From Bacteroidota bacterium (GTDB lineage Bacteria > Bacteroidota > Bacteroidia > SXHM01): a DNA stretch of 64,000 nt. Of the stretch, positions 56,241 to 64,000 are shown piece after piece (the first letter of the stretch is position 1; every line of letters starts with the position of its first letter). The stretch lies in contig CANKAM010000011.1 of assembly GCA_947479755.1 (NCBI GenBank), positions 20,488 through 84,487 of the forward strand. Direction: 5' to 3'. Below the pieces are notes generated by a model. The model saw only the letters and a program-made list of their open reading frames with translations. It made no database searches and was not told where the DNA came from. The translations under genes and the position numbers were made by a program.

Positions 56241-56759
56241 CTAATCGCCATCAAACTCTTCCTGTAACTTATTTTCTTCTAATTCAATTTTATGAAATGT
56301 GGCAAATTGCTTCTGCGCTTCCTGAAATTTCTTATCGACAATAGCTTCGCCATCCTGAACTTTCAGAAGAACGACATTCAGCTTTTCCATGTCAGGTGCA
56401 GGTTTATACAATTCATCAATAAGCAACGGGTAATCGTCACTCATGGTGGTTTTATAAAACTCAAATAAATTTTGTGAATTAACGCGCAGACTAAATTCAT
56501 TTTCAATGGGTTTTATTGATTTTACTGCTGCAATAGCATTATCACATTCTGCTATAACTTTTTTTAATTGTGCGTTAACAATGGCTTTGTCTTCGGGCAG
56601 ATTATCAAACATGCCAATCAGTTTAAGTAATTCATTACCTATTTTATTCTGATTGTTTACAAAATAATCGTTGTATTCAACAGGCTCGGTTATGGTTTGA
56701 GCTGAGGCTGTAAAAGCAATAAACAGAAGCAGTAATGTGTATCTGAATTTATTCATCAT
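56241..56759 (-). CDS. Secreted helical hypothetical protein
   Basis: Signal peptide MMNKFRYTLLLLFIAFTASAQ. 172 aa. No motif recognised. Confidence 0.4.
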   Translation of the reverse strand: MMNKFRYTLLLLFIAFTASAQTITEPVEYNDYFVNNQNKIGNELLKLIGMFDNLPEDKAIVNAQLKKVIAECDNAIAAVKSIKPIENEFSLRVNSQNLFEFYKTTMSDDYPLLIDELYKPAPDMEKLNVVLLKVQDGEAIVDKKFQEAQKQFATFHKIELEENKLQEEFDGD

Positions 56760-56822
56760 TAGGAGGTTGTTATTTTGGTGTAAAAGTAGCTTTTTGAAAT
56801 ACTGATCTGAATAGTCAGGATG

Positions 56823-57485
56823 TTAATGATTTACAATTAGTTTTCGCGTGGCTATTCCTTGCTTTGTCTTAATGTAAACGATGTATACACCGTTGTTTTC
56901 CAGATGCAACCTCATTGTTTTTTGTGTTGCTTGTGTATGGATTACTTCTTTTCCCAGCATGTCTGTAATGCTAATTTCAGCATAGTCTGTTGGAAGAGAA
57001 AGTGTAAACTGTCCGCTTGTTGGATTAGGGAACATTTGCACTAAAGAAGCAGTAAGTTCATTTACCGAAGTATTTAAAGTACCATACGTAAAACTGAAAG
57101 GGTAACTGCAATCAAAGGATTTATCGTTGGGGTCGTTGATGGTTAAGATGCCGGTAAATACCGTGTTTAATGGAACGGTAGCTTCTTGGGCAATTGTGCC
57201 GTTAAAGCTGCCCAGGGTATACCCGTTATTGCCATCACCCGGCACACTTAAAAAAGTAGGAATCATCAACGTATCGCTCATTACTATATAGGGATTGGCA
57301 TCAAGAAGGGCAGTAAAAAAAGGATACGCAATAAAATGAGTGCTGCTGTTATATACCTCGACATAAAGCATATTTGCATCAAGGTAGGCTGTATCAACAT
57401 CCATTGAATCGCATAGGGTTTGGGCACTTGACTTTACAGTACCAAGCAGCAATGCTGCACTTAGAATAAGTATAATTTTTTTCAT
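56823..57485 (-). CDS. Secreted hypothetical protein with a T9SS C-terminal sorting domain
   Basis: Signal peptide. CTD QMFPNPTSGQFTLSL...RKLIVNH. Confidence 0.5.
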   Translation of the reverse strand: MKKIILILSAALLLGTVKSSAQTLCDSMDVDTAYLDANMLYVEVYNSSTHFIAYPFFTALLDANPYIVMSDTLMIPTFLSVPGDGNNGYTLGSFNGTIAQEATVPLNTVFTGILTINDPNDKSFDCSYPFSFTYGTLNTSVNELTASLVQMFPNPTSGQFTLSLPTDYAEISITDMLGKEVIHTQATQKTMRLHLENNGVYIVYIKTKQGIATRKLIVNH

Positions 57486-57580
57486 TGTATTGCTGATTAA
57501 TAATTCAGCAGCAAAGCTAACTAAAATCAGAAAAGATTAAACGATATAACACCTGAGAAAGTCTCGTGTAAAAGAACTTC

Positions 57581-59689
57581 TTACTTGCTTAAAAAAATCT
57601 TTTTAAACAAGGTTCTGTCATCAATAGTTAAGTGACAGATATAGATGCCGCTTGCAAGATTTGCAGGTGACCATTTGTAGCGTTCCGTTCCGGGGTACAA
57701 AACTTCTGAATTGAAATTCTTAACTGTATGACCCATTACATCATGAATGGAAAGGCTTACGCGACTCTGCTTATTCACATTCACTTCCATGGTAAGTTCA
57801 TTTGAAAACGGATTGGGATAACAATTAAAAACGGTTTCGTTTTCTGCTGTATTACCGGGGTTAACTGATAGCGGGGTGTAATATCCAAAGTGCAAAATAA
57901 CTCCGTTGTCATCCCAGCCGGATTGAATAACAGCAATGGGATTACCTAAATCATCCTGTGCTTTAATCAGGGCAAGGTCTTGTCCGTTATCAACAATAAA
58001 ACTTAGTGCAGAATCAAGTGGTAATAAGGTATGCGGAATAATTACCGTTAGCGAATCATTGCTTAACAGTGTTTGAAATTCAATGCTGTTTCTGCCTGTC
58101 CAGAAATCGGCATAGGTTTCAAAATCGCAAACCATCATATCATCGGGCAGTTGATTTATAAAATCCTGTTCGGCCTGTAGTTTAAATACCCGCGTTGGGT
58201 GTATGAGCAAAACACTGGGTGCATAATTGGCTTTGTTTTTTGAAACTACGTCTAACCATATCGCTACTTTTTCGTGGTAGTTTTCGGGTGAAATAACATC
58301 GTCATGAAAGATATCCGAAATAGTTACGGGAATTTCCCATACATCGGATAATACACCACTGCTTAATCTGTCTTTAAAGGATTGGAAAGGAAAATTGGTA
58401 AGCACATCATTTGCCGAAGCAGTTGTGTTGTATTGATAATCCAGCGTGTCCAGTGCATTGGTAAGTTTATCATTGAAACATAAGTAACCTGCACGGAAGG
58501 TGCGGATGGAAACTCCGAATAATGATTCCAACAGATTTTTTGAGACCTCTGTTTCGCCAAGAACGGTTGAGCCCATGGTGGGTGTGGCTATGCATGAATC
58601 AAAAGGAAGGTAATTGCTGGTGGTATTTCCAAGGGTGCCTAAGGGTGCAATCAGTTCGTCATTGAAATCAATAAAATGCCCTACCGAGTGACTTGCCAGT
58701 TTATGTCCCTTGTCAAGCAGGTATTGCACTTTGGGATAATTGCCGGGTTTAAAATAGTCGGCCATACACTCATCATCAAGGTAATGGGTGGTAATAAGGT
58801 AGGTGGATGAAAATCCTCTTGCCTGTTCATAATCTGCATACAGGTGCATGGTGTCAAAAGCGGATGTGGCATCTACATCGTGGGTAACCATAAGGGTTGC
58901 ACTGCTTTCAAAAGGACTGGTGTGCAGCCATACCGAATTTGAAATTGTTTGGGCGCAAATGCCTTTTATAAATAATATAAGGGCATCGCTGGTGGGCTCA
59001 AATCCATTGGAATAAACGCGCTGCGCTTCATAATCACGGTTGGTTTGGTTCACTGCTATCAGGCTTTTGAACGAAAAACCAAGGGCATAGCTTTTTCCTG
59101 AACCATAGGTGTGTTTTGTAATGGCGGTTTCGCTATCATTATATACAGCCAATGAAGTTGCACCCGATGTTGTATAGCTGCGTGTATTTAAAAATGTGGC
59201 GAACTGAGACGAATCACCAAGACTTATGGTTTGTTCAAGTGTATCATTGAGCCAGCGAAACGAGGGCTCACCCAACGATATATCAAATGAGATATTGAAA
59301 TGCAAATCTGAATTTACCGAGCTTGAAATACCGAACAGGGCAAACAGATAAGGGTCACGTACATTGGGTGCAATAAGGCAGCCACCGTTTGACACATAGC
59401 TTATTAAGGTATCCTTTTCAACGGTGCTCAGCGAAAATGTTTCCAGTTTGGAAGAGGCAATAACTACACCATATTGAACAGCAGAATCAACATTGGTGGT
59501 TATACTAAAAGGCAAGCCCGCTACTTTTAGTATGTGGGTTATTGAGTATAATTCGGCTACTCCGGTTTCTGAATTATTAACCGTAAGGTCAAGAACAGCA
59601 ATGGTTCGCGGATAGATTACTGATGCAAATGAGCTTATGTTTCCTGTCAGCAGCAATAACAGGAGAACTGCTTTTAAAGTCTTTAACAT
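57581..59689 (-). CDS. Secreted polysaccharide-deacetylase-like (CE4/NodB-fold) protein with a large N-terminal domain and a T9SS C-terminal sorting domain
   Basis: Central region has CE4-like motifs THDVD (TFDDG position), HSVGH, and RAGYL (RxxY). CTD NCYPNPFSNELTMEV...KKIFLSK. The ATG at 59689 is taken as the start; the ORF-track start is GTG. Confidence 0.5.
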   Translation of the reverse strand: MLKTLKAVLLLLLLTGNISSFASVIYPRTIAVLDLTVNNSETGVAELYSITHILKVAGLPFSITTNVDSAVQYGVVIASSKLETFSLSTVEKDTLISYVSNGGCLIAPNVRDPYLFALFGISSSVNSDLHFNISFDISLGEPSFRWLNDTLEQTISLGDSSQFATFLNTRSYTTSGATSLAVYNDSETAITKHTYGSGKSYALGFSFKSLIAVNQTNRDYEAQRVYSNGFEPTSDALILFIKGICAQTISNSVWLHTSPFESSATLMVTHDVDATSAFDTMHLYADYEQARGFSSTYLITTHYLDDECMADYFKPGNYPKVQYLLDKGHKLASHSVGHFIDFNDELIAPLGTLGNTTSNYLPFDSCIATPTMGSTVLGETEVSKNLLESLFGVSIRTFRAGYLCFNDKLTNALDTLDYQYNTTASANDVLTNFPFQSFKDRLSSGVLSDVWEIPVTISDIFHDDVISPENYHEKVAIWLDVVSKNKANYAPSVLLIHPTRVFKLQAEQDFINQLPDDMMVCDFETYADFWTGRNSIEFQTLLSNDSLTVIIPHTLLPLDSALSFIVDNGQDLALIKAQDDLGNPIAVIQSGWDDNGVILHFGYYTPLSVNPGNTAENETVFNCYPNPFSNELTMEVNVNKQSRVSLSIHDVMGHTVKNFNSEVLYPGTERYKWSPANLASGIYICHLTIDDRTLFKKIFLSK

Positions 59690-59862
59690 CACTAAAATTC
59701 AGGTGGGGATTTGTACAGCAAAACATTTGCTACGAAGGTAGGTGATTATTGTTCAGCTATTGCAGAACATTTGCCTGTTTTGACTACCGGCTTATTCAAC
59801 GTTCAGGAGGCATCTGTCCCGTAAAACATAGCGAACTGTTACACTTTACGGGTTAACGGGCT

Positions 59863-61605
59863 CTAAAACATTCTTATGGCTCTTACCACACCACCATATG
59901 AATTAGCATCACTCTTTGGAATATTACCTATGTAACCGGTATAAGAAGGATAATTATTAAAGTTTATATTGGCGTTATTCGCACTGAATTGATTGGAAGT
60001 CCAGTATCCCTGTGCATTGCTGATTCCATTGATGAGTACTAAGTTTAAATCCATTGCAATCCATTCATTATCCGATGGCAGAAACCAATCGGAATAACTA
60101 TTTAACACCAAGCTGTTGCAAAGCTCGGCAGCAATTCCGGGGGTATTGCACCCGGCTATAATATCTAAGGTATTTTGTGCGCCATCGCCAATTAATGTTC
60201 CGTTTGCGCCTGTAATTAATGTTCCTTCACAACCCCATACTACCCCTGTTCCTATATTACTTTGTGAAATAATAATTCCGTGCAGTACATTGATATCATA
60301 TCCCGGGTCGCCATTTTGTAAAAAGTATCCGATTATACCGCCCTGATGGTAACTGCCGATAGAAAGTGTTGAGGTAGTTGTAAATGTATATTCGTTACCG
60401 TATGACGTTCCTGCAATATTGGTAGCATAGGCTCTGAGATAATACGTTGTGCTTATTACTAAGCCATTTGCAATACTGGAGAATGAACCGTTGCCAAATC
60501 CATCAACAGTTTTGCTGTTTGCAATTGTTGGTGAGGGTGAGGTGCTCCAGCAAACGCCTTTTGCGGTTACGTTTGCTCCTCCGTCAGCGGATACGTTTCC
60601 GCCTGAATAGGCTACACCGCCTGTAACACCTGTTACTGGTGTTGTGGTTACGGTTGGCAGAGATGGATTGAAGGTGCTGAAACTAACCTGATTGCCATAC
60701 GCAACTCCTGCACTGTTAATAACATAGGCACGAACGAAATAAGTAGTACCGGGAGCTAAATTAGTAAGATAGGAATTAAAAGCACCTACCGTTATATTGC
60801 TCTGGTAGTAAGAATAATCATCTGCCATAGTAGGATTTGGAGAAGTGCTCCAAACCATACCATATCCAAAAACAGGAGAACCTCCGGAAGCGGTGATACC
60901 GGTATTGCTAAGATTTCCACCGGCACCGTTGTAAGCAGAAAAATAAACCTGCGAAGGTATAGGGTCGGTGGTTAAGGTTGCCAACCCTCCTCCTGTCCAA
61001 GTGGGGACATTGGTAGCATCTACCTGTAGAAATTGTCCGGGTGTTCCAATGGGTATCATCACCCATGAAGTTCCGTTCCAGTATTGCATATCGCCCGGGT
61101 TTGTTCCGGCCGGAAAAGCGCCTGTTGCTCCGGTTGCCCCTGCACTGCCTGTTGCTCCGGGCGCACCTGTTGCACCGGTTGCTCCTGTATTTCCGCTGGT
61201 TTTAGCATACAGTGCATAGGGAACCGAAACCAGTTGTGATGTTCCCATGTTCTGATAATTTGTTCCTCCTGCAGCATCCATTTCTGACTGTATGTAAAAC
61301 ACATCGCTGCCCCAGCTGATGGTGCTGAATGTTCCGCTTACTACTGTTCCATCACCAATTTTAATATCAAATAATCCAAAAGCATTGGTGGCTGTGGCCT
61401 GCGTTTCCTGATACACAACAGGTCCGCCAGCGCTGGTGCTGTGCAGTGTTAATCTTAAACCTATGTTTTGGTTAGGCAATACGTTTCCGCTAAGGTCGCG
61501 AGCAACGCCCTGATAATTCATTTTTTCGGGGGCCTGGGCGAAGGCAGATGTGAGACAGGAGATATGAGATATGAGACAGGCGAGAAAGAGGAATAGTTGC
61601 TTCAT
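59863..61605 (-). CDS. Secreted collagen-like (Gly-X-Y) repeat protein with a C-terminal DUF1566-like (Lcl C-terminal type) domain
   Basis: Signal peptide MKQLFLFLACLISHISCLTSAFAQ from the ATG at 61605. Gly-X-Y run GNTGATGATGAPGATGSAGATGATGA. C-terminal YSDWFLPSDNEWIAM resembles the W(R/F)LP..EL motif of DUF1566. Confidence 0.55.
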   Translation of the reverse strand: MKQLFLFLACLISHISCLTSAFAQAPEKMNYQGVARDLSGNVLPNQNIGLRLTLHSTSAGGPVVYQETQATATNAFGLFDIKIGDGTVVSGTFSTISWGSDVFYIQSEMDAAGGTNYQNMGTSQLVSVPYALYAKTSGNTGATGATGAPGATGSAGATGATGAFPAGTNPGDMQYWNGTSWVMIPIGTPGQFLQVDATNVPTWTGGGLATLTTDPIPSQVYFSAYNGAGGNLSNTGITASGGSPVFGYGMVWSTSPNPTMADDYSYYQSNITVGAFNSYLTNLAPGTTYFVRAYVINSAGVAYGNQVSFSTFNPSLPTVTTTPVTGVTGGVAYSGGNVSADGGANVTAKGVCWSTSPSPTIANSKTVDGFGNGSFSSIANGLVISTTYYLRAYATNIAGTSYGNEYTFTTTSTLSIGSYHQGGIIGYFLQNGDPGYDINVLHGIIISQSNIGTGVVWGCEGTLITGANGTLIGDGAQNTLDIIAGCNTPGIAAELCNSLVLNSYSDWFLPSDNEWIAMDLNLVLINGISNAQGYWTSNQFSANNANINFNNYPSYTGYIGNIPKSDANSYGGVVRAIRMF

Positions 61606-61932
61606 GGTTATTGTTTTTAGGTTGCACAAATATAGAAAAGTTTTAAAGCGAAGTATTAATTGGGTTTAAAGATGGTATTTATACACCTACTAAATTACAG
61701 CTTATGCAGGCGGTATTTGCCTTACACAATGTCCATACGTCAAAGGCTGCTGTTGCAATCAGCAACAGTCATTTAGCTTGAAATAGAATTTGTTTTTAAA
61801 AACCACCAATACCCATAAAGTTTAATATCACCTAAGATTATTAACCAACCACCCGTGAATATCATTTTTTGGTATCTTAAAAAAAGTTTATAATTTTGCC
61901 TTAACACGGTGTTAAAAATAAGGTGATTAATC

Positions 61933-62664
61933 ATGGATTACTTTGACAGAGACATGCAGCGCGTGATGAAGAGGATGAGGGAGAAGCTGAACCTTGGCAA
62001 CATAAGCCGGGGTAATGACCTTCATTTGCTGGAAGAGTTAGCTGCCACCTTTAATTTCTGCATTGTTTTACACCATCCCGGTTCGGTTGATGCCTTCTTT
62101 GCAAGCAGGCGTTTCTTTAATTTGCTTGGCAAAAAGAAAGGTGCAAGTGAGTATGTGTATGCCGATTATAATGAGGCATTTAAGCAAAGCAGCAATATGG
62201 CTTATCATGCCTTGTTTCTGCAACACTTCAGCACCCCTGCTGCCGACACCCACCGAGGCAGTTATAAGTTTAAAGATGTTAAGGCAAAGGTATTCTGGCT
62301 CAACTCCTGCTCCTGCCTTATGGATACCGGAACGGGTAACAAACCCATTATACTTACCCTGCTGTATCAGGCACAGCAGACCATGAGCACCGACCACCAG
62401 ATACTGAATGACCTTATCAGAGGTCTGGACTTAGATGAGCTGATGAGTAAAATCAATAAACTAAGCGACCGCGAACTGGAGGTATTTGAATACCTGGCAC
62501 AAGGCACCGATAAAAAAACGGCAAGTGATGAATTATTCATTTCGGAAGATACATTTATTACCCACCGTAAAAACCTGAGAAAGAAAATAGGCTCGCCCTA
62601 TAACGACAAACTGTTGCTCAGTTACTTATCCAACAAGTATTACCGCCTTTTACACAACCTGTAA
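61933..62664 (+). CDS. LuxR-family (FixJ/NarL-type HTH) transcriptional regulator with an N-terminal domain of unknown function
   Basis: C-terminal LSDRELEVFEYLAQGTDKKTASDELFISEDTFITHRKNLRKKIG is a LuxR-type HTH. No receiver-domain Asp pocket was recognised in the N-terminal 170 aa. Confidence 0.75.
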   Translation: MDYFDRDMQRVMKRMREKLNLGNISRGNDLHLLEELAATFNFCIVLHHPGSVDAFFASRRFFNLLGKKKGASEYVYADYNEAFKQSSNMAYHALFLQHFSTPAADTHRGSYKFKDVKAKVFWLNSCSCLMDTGTGNKPIILTLLYQAQQTMSTDHQILNDLIRGLDLDELMSKINKLSDRELEVFEYLAQGTDKKTASDELFISEDTFITHRKNLRKKIGSPYNDKLLLSYLSNKYYRLLHNL

Positions 62665-62676
62665 ATTACCCTTTTA

Positions 62677-62726
62677 AGGGTAGGGCAAGTAGGGTGCCAA
62701 GCCATAACATTACCCTGGAAAGGGTA
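62677..62726. promoter_or_regulatory. Two 16-bp palindromes TACCC-N6-GGGTA (62677-62692 and 62711-62726), 34 bp apart; candidate operator pair
   Basis: tacccttttaagggta and taccctggaaagggta sit immediately downstream of the LuxR-family gene and upstream of the 21-bp array. Confidence 0.35.
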
Positions 62727-62756
62727 TGCCTCTGCCCTGCTCTATGGTATTTCTTT

Positions 62757-62834
62757 GCGCTGTCAATAAAACTCACCCCCTACCCCTCTCTTTGAAATAA
62801 AGAGAGGGGAGAATGGAAAAGCAATTGACAGCGC
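62757..62834. promoter_or_regulatory. Nested inverted repeat: outer GCGCTGTCAAT/ATTGACAGCGC, inner CCCCTCTCTTT-GAAAT-AAAGAGAGGGG (62784-62809)
   Basis: A perfect 11-bp outer arm pair encloses a perfect 11-bp inner hairpin. Could be a terminator for the LuxR gene or a structured regulatory RNA/DNA element. Confidence 0.5.
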
Positions 62835-62982
62835 TCTTTGACATATTGAAAAACAACCGAAGACTTTAATTACAAGTCGTAAGAGCTTAACTGCTCAACC
62901 AAATACCTTGTTTACACTACACAATGCCTTAAACGGGCAGCAAAATACCTTACGGGCAGCACAGAAAGCTTTAATTGATGCA

Positions 62983-63213
62983 CACAAGACCTTAAATGCT
63001 GAACTTAAGACCTTAAGCGGTGAACTTAAGACCTTAAATCAAAGACTTAATTCATTAAATGCAAGACTTAAGACCTTAAACGCTGAACTTAAAACCTTAA
63101 CTGCAAGACTTAAGATCTTAAGCGCTGAACGCAAGACCTTAAGTGCAAGGTTTAAGACCTTAAATGCTGTACGCATGACCTTAACGCTTAAACGCAAGGC
63201 ATTTTATCAGTAA
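62983..63213 (+). repeat. Eleven 21-bp tandem units (core CTTAAGACCTTAAnnGnnGAA, each containing the inverted pair TTAAG-AC-CTTAA). Open in one frame as a leucine-zipper heptad array (LNAELKT x10) that starts at TTG 62908.
   Basis: Units start at 62983, 63004, ..., 63193 in exact register. Translation gives LxxxLxx heptads with L at the a/d positions. No ATG start; only a TTG at 62908. The ORF track lists it as a 101-aa ORF. Confidence 0.6.
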
Positions 63214-63347
63214 ACAGTAAACAATTGACAGTTGATATGGACTATGAACTGTGGACTATTGACTGTGACTACCGACCATGAATTACTAATTTAATTAAAC
63301 AACATAACTAAATAATAACTAATAACTAACAACTAATAACTAAACAA
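63214..63347. repeat. AT-rich low-complexity spacer: TGGACTAT(G/T)(A/G)ACTG x2, then (A)TAACTAA heptamer-like iterations
   Basis: tggactatgaactgtggactattgactgtgactac ... aactaaataataactaataactaacaactaataactaaacaac, immediately upstream of the ATG at 63348. Confidence 0.5.
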
Positions 63348-64000
63348 CATGGCAAACTATAAAATTCGTTGCAGACTAAATTATCACATCCTTAAAATTG
63401 ATGAGATAGATTTATTTGCCGTTATTATCCGTAACGGTATTTACAATAATCCGCTTATATTTTTAACACCTCCAATTCTTCAGGCTGCTTTTCAGCTGCT
63501 GATTGATGACTTTATTACCAAACGTGCAGCTTACAAAGCAGGGGGCAGTGCACAAAAAGGGCCTTATAACGAAGCTAAAATAGCATTGATGGCAGCCCTT
63601 GACAGCCTGTCGGCCTACGTTGACACGGTGGCACTGGGCAATGCCAATACCATTACCCTTGCAGGTTTTGTACCTACCAAGGGAAGCTCAACCCCTATTA
63701 ACCCGCCTACCCAGCCGCAGGGGGCAACCCTTAGCCGTGGCCTGCCGGGCGAGCTGTATGCTGATTGCGCAGCCGCTGCAGGGGTTGACGGTTGGGGCGG
63801 ACTGCTGATAGCCAACAACCCTATTCCCGAGGGTATGGGTATCAATGAGTTGGGGCAGATAGTATCATTTTACAATTCAACTCCTATGCCTATTCCGGGG
63901 CCTATACCTGCACCGGGCAGCATTCAGTTTATTCAGGATTTGAACAAAGCCCGCAGAAAAAAATTTACAGGTCTGCAAATAGGTGTTACCTACTACTTCT
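63348..64000 (+). CDS. Hypothetical cytoplasmic protein with Pro-rich segments (PINPPTQPQG, PMPIPGPIPAPG); 3' partial, runs off the window
   Basis: Open frame of 217 codons from ATG 63348 with no stop before the window end. Absent from the ORF track only because it lacks a stop in the window. Composition is protein-like. The overlapping track ORFs 63599..63808 and 63615..63845 are shadows. Confidence 0.5.

Noticed and set aside
63365-63385. DnaA box / chromosomal oriC near the iteron-like array
   Set aside because: Only a one-off near-match (TTATCACAT) is present. There is no cluster of DnaA boxes and no dnaA or dnaN gene in the window.
63599-63845. ORF-track ORFs 63599..63808 (+) and 63615..63845 (-)
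   Set aside because: Both lie inside the longer open frame 63348..>64000, which has a proper ATG and protein-like sequence. They are out-of-frame shadows.

Overview
This window is a Bacteroidota-type chromosomal segment, about 40% GC, with nine proteins carrying T9SS C-terminal sorting domains. That points to a Sphingobacteriia/Chitinophagia/Flavobacteriia-like genome. The backbone is housekeeping: tRNA-Met, ABC ATPases, mscS, corA, ruvX, def, ychF, split transketolase, an ECF sigma operon, prfC, nusB, leucine-DH-like, rpmE2, ribH, a serB-serA fusion, ispH, mazG-like, UbiD-family, phnA, and a PhoD-like phosphatase. Interleaved with this is accessory cell-surface and envelope content.

Items worth a second look:
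(i) An envelope-glycosylation cluster at 1-5485: a GT2 synthase, two ArnT/GT39-like GT-C transferases, a PAP2 phosphatase, and a K/A-repeat histone-H1-like protein.
(ii) A tightly coupled six-gene operon at 15057-21275: a T9SS 8x54-aa repeat protein, a lipoprotein, a VTC (polyphosphate-polymerase-like) protein, a DUF4956 membrane protein, a DUF2490-like protein, and a secreted CotH kinase with a P-domain. This is the best candidate for an uncharacterised system.
(iii) Two loci, 33.2-34.4 kb and 62.7-64.0 kb, with the same odd architecture. Each has a short palindrome, then exactly 10 x 21-bp tandem units in perfect register, then a gene for an unknown proline-rich cytoplasmic protein. The second locus lies beside a LuxR-type regulator, and its array encodes a perfect leucine-zipper heptad.
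(iv) Two type II toxin-antitoxin pairs, one carrying a nonsense-inactivated RelE/ParE toxin.
(v) A four-helix-bundle (23S-IVS-type) gene cassette flanked by inverted TTAGCTGAT repeats.
(vi) A family of long imperfect hairpins with conserved termini and covarying stems.
(vii) A gene-decay island at 8.4-9.1 kb.

No rRNA, CRISPR array or intact mobile element was seen. All domain calls come from motif recognition by eye; no HMM or BLAST search was run.
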